Of a stretch of 64,000 bases of DNA, positions 33,443 through 43,931 are shown piece by piece. The position numbers and the translations under genes are program-made. Position 1 is the first letter of the stretch. Every line of letters begins with the position of its first letter. Under the pieces are notes generated by a model that was not told the origin of the DNA, made no database searches, and was given only the letters and a program-made list of their open reading frames with translations. Source of the DNA: a virus; IMG/VR virus record IMGVR_UViG_3300017917_001194, positions 22,397 through 86,396 of that record. One strand, 5' to 3'.

Positions 33443-34161
33443 AGTGCGGACAAACTCTTCATGAATCTTAATTTTTCTTCTATACCACGACTACCATGTA
33501 GATGTATAATTTGACATTCCTCTATGTCAACGCCGTTCCACAAGTCTTGTCTCCACATCTCGTTAGGATCCATCCATGGAGCCTGATAGTTTAATTTTGG
33601 TAGTAACACTTCACTTAGTCGTGGCCCTTGATTCCAGAACATATGATTTAAAATAATTTGCTCAGTATCATAACTGTCGAAGTCCCATTCGTTAGCCATT
33701 GCTAATCCTTGCTCCCAAATGGCAGTTGACATAGTTGCCGGAAAATATCTTACACCGGCATTAAAAAAATGTGAGAATTTTAATTGATATTTGTTAGGTT
33801 TGTAAAACGATCTCGGATCACTAAAATTAAACATCATAAAATGCTGGTACCTATTCCAAATATCAACAGGTGCGATAGCCATTGTATCTGGATCGGTGTA
33901 GAGAATATTACACGGAGCATTGTCCTTCCAGATTTTATAAATTTCAAAAAATGTTCTATGTAGTCCTTGGTGAATAGTATCATAATTATCAGTAATATAG
34001 ATAAATTCCCATTCGCCTTTAAGGTGCTTCTTAAAACTTGCAAGACTTGTTCTATGGGCTTCTAAATAACAACTGAATAAGTTTGGTTCATTACTCCGAT
34101 CCCTAAAGGACCAGTTGGTGCTTTTTAACTCATATAAACTTTTAACTAATATATTTTTCAT
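33439..34161 (-). CDS. nucleotide-diphospho-sugar transferase-like
   Basis: LYTDPD (DxD), FNAGV, EQ..LN, HLHG. Confidence 0.6.
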   Translation of the reverse strand: MKNILVKSLYELKSTNWSFRDRSNEPNLFSCYLEAHRTSLASFKKHLKGEWEFIYITDNYDTIHQGLHRTFFEIYKIWKDNAPCNILYTDPDTMAIAPVDIWNRYQHFMMFNFSDPRSFYKPNKYQLKFSHFFNAGVRYFPATMSTAIWEQGLAMANEWDFDSYDTEQIILNHMFWNQGPRLSEVLLPKLNYQAPWMDPNEMWRQDLWNGVDIEECQIIHLHGSRGIEEKLRFMKSLSAL

Positions 34162-34901
34162 TTTTTAGGTACCATGTATAACCAGGACATATTGCTAGGA
34201 CGACCTTCATGTACTAATGCCCACTTGTCGCAATCACTTAGTTCTTTAAGAAACTCAAATTGATAAGGATCTTTTGATTTTTGATCAATTTTGTGTATAG
34301 TGTGTGTGTTAATAAATCTTGAGATTAATGTGTCGGTAATGCCAGCAATCATACAATCATGGCACTCAACCAACATAATAGATTTTTGTAAAGATGGCAC
34401 TTTTACAGGATCAAGTAAGTTGATCTCTTCACCTTCACAATCAACAATCAACAGAGGTCTCTCGGGCATGTAAATTTTTGATTCGAGCCATTCACAATTT
34501 ATAGATTTCTCACTTACATCAAGACTTCGAACACTATTTGCCAGAGCATTGTTTATAGTAACAAACATAGCCTTAATATTAATATCAATTGCCAATCCTG
34601 GTGTGTGGGGTAATCTTCTACTAAACCCTACGGCATAGTATCCCTCGGCGCAACCAATGTTAATAAACAAATCAGGTTTCTTTGCGATTGCATCTTCGAT
34701 CGCTAGGTGTAATTCATCTTCATAGACACCTAATAATTTTGCCGCAGTATCTCCGTCACCCCAGGAAGTTCTTGGCACAATAGTCATACCTTTAAACGGC
34801 CCAGTTTGTACACGACCGTCGGTGTGATGAAAGATATATGGAATAAGCTCTACACGTCGAGCATTAGCAATATCTTGTAAATGTCTTTCTAGTGCGCTCA
34901 T
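34158..34901 (-). CDS. FkbM-like methyltransferase
   Basis: GPFKGM, LLG.YE.EL, NIGCAEGYY, DCEGEE. Confidence 0.75.
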   Translation of the reverse strand: MSALERHLQDIANARRVELIPYIFHHTDGRVQTGPFKGMTIVPRTSWGDGDTAAKLLGVYEDELHLAIEDAIAKKPDLFINIGCAEGYYAVGFSRRLPHTPGLAIDINIKAMFVTINNALANSVRSLDVSEKSINCEWLESKIYMPERPLLIVDCEGEEINLLDPVKVPSLQKSIMLVECHDCMIAGITDTLISRFINTHTIHKIDQKSKDPYQFEFLKELSDCDKWALVHEGRPSNMSWLYMVPKK

Positions 34902-35734
34902 TGTTTGCCACCTGAAAATTTAACTGTAAAGTGAGCCATTTGTTTGTTAACATCGTTCTCTTTGAGTTTTTGCCAAGGATCTTGTATACCGGCTTTAATG
35001 TTTCGCCAGAATGTAGTATCAAGACCTTGTTTATCCATATATTGGCTCAATAATTCTGTTTCTCTCATGCGTAAATTAATCCAAGCTATGTTGTGGAAAT
35101 CTTTTGGATTATTAGGATTACCTTCTAACAACTCCATATGCCTTTCTTGGAAGGTTGGATCATCATTATTACCAGTTAAATCTTTGCGATCATGTGTGAC
35201 ATACACTTCAATGCGTTTCCAAATGTCAAGTTTATATGCAACTTGGCTAAGCCAGGCGTCCGTCAACGGATGTGGACTAAGATAAGTGAGTTGTTCTAAC
35301 CATGCCCTCGGAACAATAGGAAAAATACTGTATGGGTGATCTTTGTGGGTGTGTACTGCTAATAATTTAAATTGTCCGGTGTGTTCGGTGATTTTACGAT
35401 CCCACCCGGATGTGTCCATTAGTGCATCATCGTTCCAGAAGAAATACCAATCGGCACTTACTGAATTTGCCAGTGTGTTAATATACTCGTTTAATCGTTG
35501 GTATCCTAGTGGTTCAAATTCTTGAACTTCATAATCAATGCCCTTATTGTCAAGGTATGGTTGCACATGTTCGTCAAAGTGTTTACGACCGACAGTGTCG
35601 TCGTTGTCAAATGCAAACATAATAATAATATCTTTTATGTCCAGCGCACGATTGACAAGTCCTATTACACTTCTTGCTAGTGCATCTGTTCTTCCCCGTG
35701 TGGGCAATAATACTGCTATTTTATATTCATTCAT
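34898..35734 (-). CDS. GT2-family glycosyltransferase
   Basis: VLLPTRGR, D.DD, WNDD. Confidence 0.75.
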   Translation of the reverse strand: MNEYKIAVLLPTRGRTDALARSVIGLVNRALDIKDIIIMFAFDNDDTVGRKHFDEHVQPYLDNKGIDYEVQEFEPLGYQRLNEYINTLANSVSADWYFFWNDDALMDTSGWDRKITEHTGQFKLLAVHTHKDHPYSIFPIVPRAWLEQLTYLSPHPLTDAWLSQVAYKLDIWKRIEVYVTHDRKDLTGNNDDPTFQERHMELLEGNPNNPKDFHNIAWINLRMRETELLSQYMDKQGLDTTFWRNIKAGIQDPWQKLKENDVNKQMAHFTVKFSGGKQ

Positions 35735-36879
35735 GATGTTCTTTCTGAAATTACTTTTACTTTACCAGCGGCATGTCTAGCAGTTTCTAAAGCATTATCA
35801 CCCGAAGCTAGAACCACCCCCATTCTACGATATGGACGAGTAGTAGGTTTACCAAAGATTCTAACATCTACATTCGGCACAGACAATGCATCTTCAACAC
35901 CAGTGTATTTAGGTGCAATACCGTCCCGGTCTGCTAAAATAACGGCGCTGGCACCTTCACGCGAAGTAATCACCGGAATAGGCAATCCTAATATAGCACG
36001 AGCATGTAAATCAAACTCAGTTAAATTTTGACTAATCAGTGTAACCATACCAGTGTCGTGAGGGCGTGGGCTTAGTTCACTAAAAATAACTTCGTCTTTA
36101 GTAACAAAGAATTCAACACCAAAGATGCCCGAGCCTCCAAGATCATCTGTAATAGTTTTAGCCATGTGTTGTGCGATAGCGATATGCTCAGGTTTCATTG
36201 TTTGTGGTTGCCAACTGTACTGATAATCGCCACGTTCCTGTACATGACCAATAGGATCGCAATACAATGTGGTGCCATCTTGTTGACGAATAGTTAACAG
36301 AGTAATTTCAAACTCGAAGTTGATAAACTCCTCTACAATAACTTTCTTTCTGTCTCCACGCATGTTAGCACAAGCATAGTCCCAGCTTTTAATAATATCT
36401 TCTGGATTGTGTACTACACTTTGACCTTTACCTGAGCTGCTCATAACAGGTTTAACTACAACAGGAAATCCAATGTCATTTGCTTTTAGAGCAAGTTCTT
36501 CGCCAGTCTCAGCATATTCAAATCTTGCTGTACGTAACCCGAGACTCTTGGCATTGTCACGAATCCGATCTCTATTCATAGTTAGATTAACTGCTCTGGC
36601 ACTAGGAACAATATGTTTACCTTGTGCTTCTAACTCAACTAATAGTTCAGTTCTAATTGCCTCAATCTCTGGTACAATTAAATCAGGATTATAGTATTCG
36701 ATTACTCGTTGTAGTTCACTTGCATCTAACATATCGCAAACAGTATTATAATCTGCAACTTGCATGGCAGGAGCATTTGGATAACTGTCCACGGCGATAA
36801 CAGTACAACCGAGTCTCTTGGCACTGATAACAAATTCCTTACCTAGTTCTCCCGAACCTAACAACAATATAGTTTTCAT
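35731..36879 (-). CDS. purT: formate-dependent GAR transformylase (ATP-grasp)
   Basis: LLGSGELGKE, PEIEAI, KPVMSSSGKGQS, SPRPHDTG, RRMGV. Confidence 0.93.
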   Translation of the reverse strand: MKTILLLGSGELGKEFVISAKRLGCTVIAVDSYPNAPAMQVADYNTVCDMLDASELQRVIEYYNPDLIVPEIEAIRTELLVELEAQGKHIVPSARAVNLTMNRDRIRDNAKSLGLRTARFEYAETGEELALKANDIGFPVVVKPVMSSSGKGQSVVHNPEDIIKSWDYACANMRGDRKKVIVEEFINFEFEITLLTIRQQDGTTLYCDPIGHVQERGDYQYSWQPQTMKPEHIAIAQHMAKTITDDLGGSGIFGVEFFVTKDEVIFSELSPRPHDTGMVTLISQNLTEFDLHARAILGLPIPVITSREGASAVILADRDGIAPKYTGVEDALSVPNVDVRIFGKPTTRPYRRMGVVLASGDNALETARHAAGKVKVISERTS

Positions 36880-37379
36880 GCAAATAAATCCTCATCCCAT
36901 ATACGATGTCCTTCACGGAATGCCATATTGCTTTGAGTTTCTCTAACTTCAACCCTAAAACACCACAATCGTTCGGCTTCACTTGGACCCCACATGTCTG
37001 GAATGTATACACCATTAACATATTTGTACAACTGATCTGCTAGACCTTCACAACCAAGTTTTGGTAGGATAGTTAGTTTAGCAAGATTACGACGTTCCAT
37101 TTCCTTGTAAAACTCAAGCTCTGGGTCATCTTCTGCTACTAACAATGTATGATCAAATTGACTTTCTAGTACGTTCTTAAGTTCTTTGAGACCACCGTAG
37201 TCGGCTGCCCAATTACGTACATCCAAATCATCTGTGCCAAAATAGAACTTCATTGAAAAACTGTAACCGTGAATTAGGTTACAGTGACTGTCGGCACGCC
37301 ATTGGCGATAAGCACAAGGGAAAGCATCATGATACTCTTTGGTGCTCACATACTTGTATTGAACTGGTAGATATGACAT
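36876..37379 (-). CDS. queD: 6-carboxy-5,6,7,8-tetrahydropterin synthase
   Basis: C...HGY motif (CNLIHGYS), DYGGLK, FDH, E. Confidence 0.85.
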   Translation of the reverse strand: MSYLPVQYKYVSTKEYHDAFPCAYRQWRADSHCNLIHGYSFSMKFYFGTDDLDVRNWAADYGGLKELKNVLESQFDHTLLVAEDDPELEFYKEMERRNLAKLTILPKLGCEGLADQLYKYVNGVYIPDMWGPSEAERLWCFRVEVRETQSNMAFREGHRIWDEDLFA

Positions 37380-37466
37380 ATTATTCTCCTAAGTTAAATT
37401 GTAACATAGGCTTGCAGAATTTGTAAAGCGGGATGAATGCCGAAAAGGCCGCTGTTGAGTTGATAT

Positions 37467-39479
37467 TTATTCAATTAGTTTTATAGTTCTACTAAATTTA
37501 CTATCAGCCAAACTAATTGCCTGATAAAAGTATTGTTCGTACTGTTTGAGTGGGGTTGCTTGGTGTTGATGCCATGTAATGTCTTGGTAAGTTTGGTTAA
37601 CAAAAATTGTTTGATCGTTAATTTGATATGTGTACGATCCTCGATTTAATTGCTTGATTTTGAAATAGGTGAGCCAATCATACTCTGTATCAAACTCTCG
37701 GCCAAGATTAGGGTTATATTCCGAATCCAATACTCCATTCCGTAAGTAAATACCAAGATCTGATATAATAGGATCGTTAAGCCTCTTCGCTAAGTCATTG
37801 CATAATTTACTATAAAATAATTGTGCGTTGGTTAATGCAACAAATGCGAAATACGTTCTGGGTGGTAAAAGTATCGGGAAATCAGGATGGTAGTCGATTC
37901 CGTGTTGAGTAAATGTAACATCGTGTACCCATTGATGAATGGTCTGGTATCCTAATGCAAATAACTTTTCTAACACATCTTCGTTAGATAATTTGGGTTT
38001 GACATAATTTTTATAGATAAAATCTTGAACAAACGATGGCTCCATATGATGTGTATCTTTAATATATCTACAAAGCATAGCATTAACACCAGTGTAATCA
38101 TTTGCAAATGCTAGACCGTTAACAAGATACATGTCCACCCATTCATCCTTGGTATAGCTATAAGTTTCCACAACGCTTTCAACTGTTGGATTGTTCCAAG
38201 TGTGTGAGTTAAAGATTGCTGGATGAATTTCAAATTCTTCCTTTACTAACCAAGACTCGGTTGACATCATCTTAGGAACCGTTTGAATCTTAAATTGTTC
38301 TCTCATCTCAGGACTAAACGCTGGAGTCTCGGGTAATAATATCCATGTGTTTGGTCTAGCCGCACTGAGATTATTATTAACCAGGATGTCAATTTGATTA
38401 AGAGTTTTTTGATAATTATCGCCTGGTAGTCCAGCAATAATTTCAACTTTAACCGGTAACTCTGGAAACTTTGATCGCAAATAGTTAACACTAGCAATTT
38501 GTTTTTCTATAGGTGGATCTATGCGTTCAACATTATTTTTAATTTCTTCATCTATTGCTTGAACTGAAATTTTGTGGTGATCTAGTAAACCTTGTTCGGC
38601 TAGAAGTTCTTTAATTTTAGTAGTTCTTGCCAGGTGATTTTTAGCATTCTCGGTAACAACAGTTTTTGGGTAACCATATTTTTTTGCAACATCAACAATA
38701 TGTTCGGTTATAGCAACATCAATTTCATAAATTCCAAAGTTAGCATCAAGGGTTGAAAACAATTTTACTTTGTTCGCACCGATCCATTCAATCTCATCAA
38801 GTACAATATCAAATGGTTTTTTAACTACTTTGGTGTATGTTCCGCCACCCCAATCACAATAGATACATTTATAAGGGCATCCCCGAGACGTTTCGATTGA
38901 TCCATACATAAATTGACCAGCGTATGGTAGAAGATATTTTTCTTGAGCCTTATAGATGTTATTGGGCCACTTGAAAGATTTTTTTTCGATTCCTAATTTA
39001 CTAAAGCATCGATTTTTATCTTTGTCGGCATAGTAGATGTATGGAATTTTTTCGTAATCAGTAATAGGAAAATAATCAAGTATTTCTTTGAATACTATTT
39101 CACCGTATGCATCACTTGGAACAACAATGTCCACCCAGGGCTTTTCTTTAAAAAAATTTTCATTGTATTTGATGTGGGGTTGTGGGCCACCGTAAACAAT
39201 TAAACAATTAGGATATTGATTTTTTACCTCTTCGGCTACTTCGTCAAAAAAAGATTCATTCCAGACGTACACACTAAAACCAAATATGTCCGGTGGCGCC
39301 TTTTGACATTCATTGAGAATCTCTTCTTTAGATCTATAATCAGCGATCCATGGGTCGGCCCACTGATATTCAGTATGTTTACTACTGTTTTCTTCGAAGT
39401 AAGTTTTAAGGCTACACCAGAGCAGAGGAAGAGTTAACTCGGCAAATGAGTGTTTATTTGCCACATACACATTTTTCAT
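37467..39479 (-). CDS. B12-binding-type radical SAM protein
   Basis: GFSVYVWN, GGP, ETSRGCPYKCIYCDW, DANFG. Confidence 0.85.
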   Translation of the reverse strand: MKNVYVANKHSFAELTLPLLWCSLKTYFEENSSKHTEYQWADPWIADYRSKEEILNECQKAPPDIFGFSVYVWNESFFDEVAEEVKNQYPNCLIVYGGPQPHIKYNENFFKEKPWVDIVVPSDAYGEIVFKEILDYFPITDYEKIPYIYYADKDKNRCFSKLGIEKKSFKWPNNIYKAQEKYLLPYAGQFMYGSIETSRGCPYKCIYCDWGGGTYTKVVKKPFDIVLDEIEWIGANKVKLFSTLDANFGIYEIDVAITEHIVDVAKKYGYPKTVVTENAKNHLARTTKIKELLAEQGLLDHHKISVQAIDEEIKNNVERIDPPIEKQIASVNYLRSKFPELPVKVEIIAGLPGDNYQKTLNQIDILVNNNLSAARPNTWILLPETPAFSPEMREQFKIQTVPKMMSTESWLVKEEFEIHPAIFNSHTWNNPTVESVVETYSYTKDEWVDMYLVNGLAFANDYTGVNAMLCRYIKDTHHMEPSFVQDFIYKNYVKPKLSNEDVLEKLFALGYQTIHQWVHDVTFTQHGIDYHPDFPILLPPRTYFAFVALTNAQLFYSKLCNDLAKRLNDPIISDLGIYLRNGVLDSEYNPNLGREFDTEYDWLTYFKIKQLNRGSYTYQINDQTIFVNQTYQDITWHQHQATPLKQYEQYFYQAISLADSKFSRTIKLIE

Positions 39480-39629
39480 ATTATGACTACTTATTACTAA
39501 GCAGTTCAGATATCAATAAAGCACCGGACCACGAGGCAGAACTTAACCAGCCCCAAAATGCTGGGTCGTTGTCTATGTTTAAAAATATGTTAGCAACGCT
39601 AGAGATTACACCAAGTAATAATACCACTT

Positions 39630-40019
39630 TCATCGTTTGTATTTTCCTTTGCCCGGAATAGTGTTACGCACACCACCTGTTGGATCTTTAACATCACCCT
39701 TGCGACGTGGGATCAAATGTATGTGTGGCCAGCCTATTGTTTGTCCGGCAGCTTCGCCGTAGTTCATACCAATGTTAAATCCATCCCACTGACCTAGTTC
39801 CACCATCTTCTTGCCATAACGTACAGCATCTTCAAATGCATCAGTGAGCACACCAAAGGTATTGTACTTAGGCACAAATAATAAATGTCCATCAGTTACT
39901 GGATATTTGTCGTTGAACACCTTAACGTGATAATCTTCACTTAGAACCAAGTCCCAGGGAGCATCGCTATCATCGATGATGTCAGGTTGTGTTTCGAATA
40001 TACATTCTTTGCGTGACAT
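39630..40019 (-). CDS. HIT-family nucleotide hydrolase
   Basis: GHLLFVP, AGQT, HIHLIPR. Confidence 0.88.
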   Translation of the reverse strand: MSRKECIFETQPDIIDDSDAPWDLVLSEDYHVKVFNDKYPVTDGHLLFVPKYNTFGVLTDAFEDAVRYGKKMVELGQWDGFNIGMNYGEAAGQTIGWPHIHLIPRRKGDVKDPTGGVRNTIPGKGKYKR

Positions 40020-40021
40020 GA

Positions 40022-40717
40022 TTACCTTGGAGCAAATTCTTGCTGTAGTTTGATATTGTCCATAAACTCTTTCTTAACTGCTGGATCTGTTTTAAACACA
40101 CCAGTTAATACAGTAGTTTGGGTTAAACTAGAGTGTGCCATAATGCCGCGATTTTCACAACAACCATGTGTGGCTTGAATGTACACGCCTACGTTTTCAC
40201 TAGCAGTTGCCTTCATGATCTCTCTGGCAATATCATTACATAGTTCCTCTTGTAACGTGCCACGTCTAGCACACCATTGAGCTATTCGTGTATATTTAGA
40301 AAGGCCAATGAGTTTATGAGCGGCGATGATACCGATGTAGGCAACGCCAGAAACTGGCTGATGATGATGAGAACACATAGAACGAAGCTCGCTCCTAACC
40401 ACCAACATCCCGTCATAGCGGTCTTCAGAATCATTTGGGAAAGCTGTTGCATCTGGTGCTGGATCATATCTACCTGCCATTATTTCGTTAAAGTACATCT
40501 TGGCCAAACGACGTGCTGTGCCTTTACTGTTAGGATCGTCTTCACGATCAATTAACAGTGTGTCCAATACATTTTCAAATGCCACAGTGGCTTCATCAAT
40601 AAGTTGTGCCTTTTGTTCTTCTGTAACATAATCACTAATGTTATCGCCAGCCCAGAAGCGTTTGCCTCCTGCTCGCATTTGTTCTCTTAATACTTGTGCT
40701 AAGTTTTTTTCTGCCAT
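40022..40717 (-). CDS. folE: GTP cyclohydrolase I
   Basis: SMCSHH, IGLSK..R, RR..LQE, H.C...RG. Confidence 0.92.
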   Translation of the reverse strand: MAEKNLAQVLREQMRAGGKRFWAGDNISDYVTEEQKAQLIDEATVAFENVLDTLLIDREDDPNSKGTARRLAKMYFNEIMAGRYDPAPDATAFPNDSEDRYDGMLVVRSELRSMCSHHHQPVSGVAYIGIIAAHKLIGLSKYTRIAQWCARRGTLQEELCNDIAREIMKATASENVGVYIQATHGCCENRGIMAHSSLTQTTVLTGVFKTDPAVKKEFMDNIKLQQEFAPR

Positions 40718-40770
40718 TTATTTCTCCGAGTTATAAGTCGTGGATGACTTTGTTTAATTGTACGTAATAT

Positions 40771-41313
40771 TTAGACCTGTGTCAATAGGAATCCAGATAT
40801 TTGCATTGTATATTTGTCCTGGAATCCAGCGTTAGAACTTACATGCAATATATCACTGCTCCATATAAACCCATCGCCAGCTTTCCAATTTGTGCTAGTT
40901 TCAAACTTATCATTTAATTGGTATTGTAAGAATTGCCCCATTTTATAATCTTCAAGGTAGATGTTTGCTCGCACTTTAGTTTCGGTGCGGTTTGGGTATT
41001 GTTGTCCAATTTAGAAGAACGTGTCTCTATGAAACGGGACAACACAACCTGGCGGTTGTTTAATAGTAGATACTGTAATTACTTCCATGTTTAACTGGCG
41101 TCCTAACTCTTGATAGTCGAGTTGTGTGTCATTCCACCAAAGTTGATGTATCTTAGTATTGTGAATATTGTAGCTTTTAGGAAAGCCACCGTATTGTTCG
41201 TGAATATCTGTAAGCTCGTACACTTGGTGTTTAATACAGCTACCACTGTGTACAGAGTAATCAGCAATAAGAAGAGGTGTAAAATCAAAATCAAGATGAA
41301 CCGGTTTAAACAT
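40771..41313 (-). pseudogene. 2OG-Fe(II) oxygenase-like gene interrupted by an in-frame TAA
   Basis: 41011..41313 and 40771..40974 share a frame: HRDTFF*IGQQYPNRTETKVRANIY...H...NAG. Confidence 0.7.
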
Positions 41314-41315
41314 TG

Positions 41316-41903
41316 TTAGTCCTTTATTATAATATTTCTGCAGTCTGGGTATTCAACATATTTAGGTTGTTCATTTACCTTGGGTAATAATTTAAGTCCA
41401 AGTTCCGCTTCTTCTATAGTAGGTTTATAGTGATAGCCTATCCGAAATGTTAATTGTTCTTGCCACGGCGTTATCTTAAGGTCTCTACCATCATAACGCA
41501 TCATGCTTAACTGATCATAAACCTCTACGTCATCAGTAAGTATAGCACCACCTCGGCCTATTTGTAAAGGTTTTCCATTGCCAAAACTCAAACATTGTAA
41601 TTGTTCTGGGCGGTACATATTGCGTTCGAGTCTGCGGGCACTATCCCAAATGCGTGTACCAAAAAATTGATACTCCCCAACCCAATTCTGATATTCTTCT
41701 TCTACATAAGTATATTCAATGCCTAGCTTATGCATGGTCATTGGTATGCTCAAATAAGTAAACGGGGTGAAACAAGTAGACTTCACATTGTCAAACCTCA
41801 TGCACATCTCAATAGCGTGTGTACAACAATCGGTCATCACAGCATAAGGTGCACCTGTGTATTTGGCTAACTCTTGTTCAAAATCAAATATACTATCAAA
41901 CAT
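41316..41903 (-). CDS. DegT/DnrJ/EryC1/StrS-like PLP enzyme (short form)
   Basis: FE..LA.Y.G, DSA, CLSF...K...GRGGAIL. Confidence 0.75.
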   Translation of the reverse strand: MFDSIFDFEQELAKYTGAPYAVMTDCCTHAIEMCMRFDNVKSTCFTPFTYLSIPMTMHKLGIEYTYVEEEYQNWVGEYQFFGTRIWDSARRLERNMYRPEQLQCLSFGNGKPLQIGRGGAILTDDVEVYDQLSMMRYDGRDLKITPWQEQLTFRIGYHYKPTIEEAELGLKLLPKVNEQPKYVEYPDCRNIIIKD

Positions 41904-42259
41904 TATTCACTCAAATGATCTTGTTTAATTTCTCTTACAGGACAACTAAGTATTTCTGCCATTTGATTTTTGAGAGAAATTCTTTTGTTATTCCAATTTC
42001 TAATTTCGATAGCTCGACGACCTATTTCTTCTAAGTCAAGTTCTTTCTCTTTACCACATTTTAATTCAGACTCAAGATCCCATATCTTGTTATGAATGCG
42101 TTTTAACTCGTTATATTGAACTTGAATGCCACTAAAGTTAATACTACGAAATTGGTCCATGTACCAATCTAACTCAGCACGATTTAACTGGGTACGATCA
42201 AACTTTACCTCTGCGATTGCTAATCTATCTACAAGTTCTATTATAGGAAAAAATGTCAT
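41903..42259 (-). CDS. hypothetical protein (sugar-modification-cluster associated)
   Basis: ELVDRL.I..VK, IWDLE, N.KR. Confidence 0.65.
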   Translation of the reverse strand: MTFFPIIELVDRLAIAEVKFDRTQLNRAELDWYMDQFRSINFSGIQVQYNELKRIHNKIWDLESELKCGKEKELDLEEIGRRAIEIRNWNNKRISLKNQMAEILSCPVREIKQDHLSE

Positions 42260-42906
42260 AACAAGGTTCTCAGATGGTCCGCCCAGAGTTGATGTCCTGA
42301 TTCGTTAAGATGAATATCATTCTTGTTTATCTCGCACTTATTGTCATGTATAAATTCTAGCATAAAATTTTCTGTTTGTAAATCCAAATGGTTAACACTT
42401 TCCTTACTAAAGTAAAACGGAATATATTTGCAAGGACAACGTAATGTCACACTGTCGAGATAACTAGTAAGATTACATCTCTGTTCGTATTCGGAGTAGT
42501 AATTACTAAACCACGTATCGTAAAATTCCAACCCCGAATTTAAGGGTGTAAGTCTTTTCCATTTGTTAAAGGTACTAGCAGTTGGATTATAACTTCTAAA
42601 TAATTGCCTTGTTTTAGTTGTAAATTTCAGCGAGCGATCAATCACATCAATATGTTGAGGATTGTCTGGTTGATATTCAAAGCTTTTTCTACTGTAATGA
42701 CTCCAACCGATGACTACAATATCATCATCGGCGATGAGATGACTGTTTTCTAAAAATGTATGATAGATAAAAAAATTGTCAGCACCAGATTGGGCAAAAT
42801 TTTCATAAGAGATACTTAAACCCTCAGCTAACAGATATCCCCAAAACTTATGTTCATCTACTAAATGTGGTAAACTCATACTCTGACCAAATATCCAAAG
42901 TTTCAT
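42256..42906 (-). CDS. SGNH-like protein
   Basis: IFG.S, G.DN, DIH....GH. Confidence 0.55.
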   Translation of the reverse strand: MKLWIFGQSMSLPHLVDEHKFWGYLLAEGLSISYENFAQSGADNFFIYHTFLENSHLIADDDIVVIGWSHYSRKSFEYQPDNPQHIDVIDRSLKFTTKTRQLFRSYNPTASTFNKWKRLTPLNSGLEFYDTWFSNYYSEYEQRCNLTSYLDSVTLRCPCKYIPFYFSKESVNHLDLQTENFMLEFIHDNKCEINKNDIHLNESGHQLWADHLRTLL

Positions 42907-43931
42907 AGGTATAACACCTCAATACTCTTTGGATTGTCTAAAATATTTTGAATTTGTATGTTGTTGATGTTTGGTCTACAAGGTTGACACAAACTAACAT
43001 TAGTTTTATTGTATATGTCTTGATGCTGTTCACCTAACCATAGGTCTCTAAAGTCTCCAGTATCCCAATTACCTAATTCAAACTGTGGATTACCTTTGTT
43101 TTCACAACAAATATATATTTTGCCATCAGCACAAAACACAGGAAAGTGGAACATCTGATGGCATTTTTTATAATTACGTGGACGAATTTTGTTCATGTTC
43201 ACATAATGCGGTAGATTAAATTCTACACTCAACCGTTGTAACATATCCAACATCTCATTAGTGATAACATGAGCGTTTCCGTTTATAATAGCCGGACGAA
43301 AATATAAACCACGCCCATTTACTTGTTTGACAGTTTTAAATAGATCATGCATGGCCTCGTAGTTGTCGTTTAGTGGATTAATTAGACATTTGAAATCTAC
43401 ATTAACACCAACTGAGATTAAATTTTGAGCATTATTAATTACTCGATTGAACAAACTCTTGGCCGTTAAACTATGACGAATTTTTTCGTATAGATCCTCA
43501 GTCCCGGCATCAATGTCTATACCAATCCACGCAATTTTTTTAAGTTTCTCAACAACGATACTGTTGAGTAGGCGATCTAGGTTACTGCCATTTGTAGTAA
43601 TGCTACACAAAAATCCAAGATCGATAGTGTGTTCGATTACGTGTTCATAACCGATTAAAACTGTGGGTTCACCACCGCCTGGATAAGTTATTGTATGTGT
43701 AGTTCCATAACTATTTGGGGTATGAGCTCGCCAACTGGCTAACTTGTTTAGTAGATTGATATACTCAGTATACTTTTTTTGTACTGGTTTGTTTTTTCTA
43801 AATTCCTCACTATTGCAGTAGTAACAATCCTGATTACAAACATTGGTCAAGTCAATGTCTACCTGAGCCGGCAGAATTTTCATTGTATCTTGGTTTTTCA
43901 TCCAATGTACTAGTTCAGCGTATTGATACAT
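42903..43931 (-). CDS. radical SAM/SPASM-domain protein
   Basis: CNQDCYYC, GGGEP, TNG, C-terminal CC..CQPC. Confidence 0.85.
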   Translation of the reverse strand: MYQYAELVHWMKNQDTMKILPAQVDIDLTNVCNQDCYYCNSEEFRKNKPVQKKYTEYINLLNKLASWRAHTPNSYGTTHTITYPGGGEPTVLIGYEHVIEHTIDLGFLCSITTNGSNLDRLLNSIVVEKLKKIAWIGIDIDAGTEDLYEKIRHSLTAKSLFNRVINNAQNLISVGVNVDFKCLINPLNDNYEAMHDLFKTVKQVNGRGLYFRPAIINGNAHVITNEMLDMLQRLSVEFNLPHYVNMNKIRPRNYKKCHQMFHFPVFCADGKIYICCENKGNPQFELGNWDTGDFRDLWLGEQHQDIYNKTNVSLCQPCRPNINNIQIQNILDNPKSIEVLYL

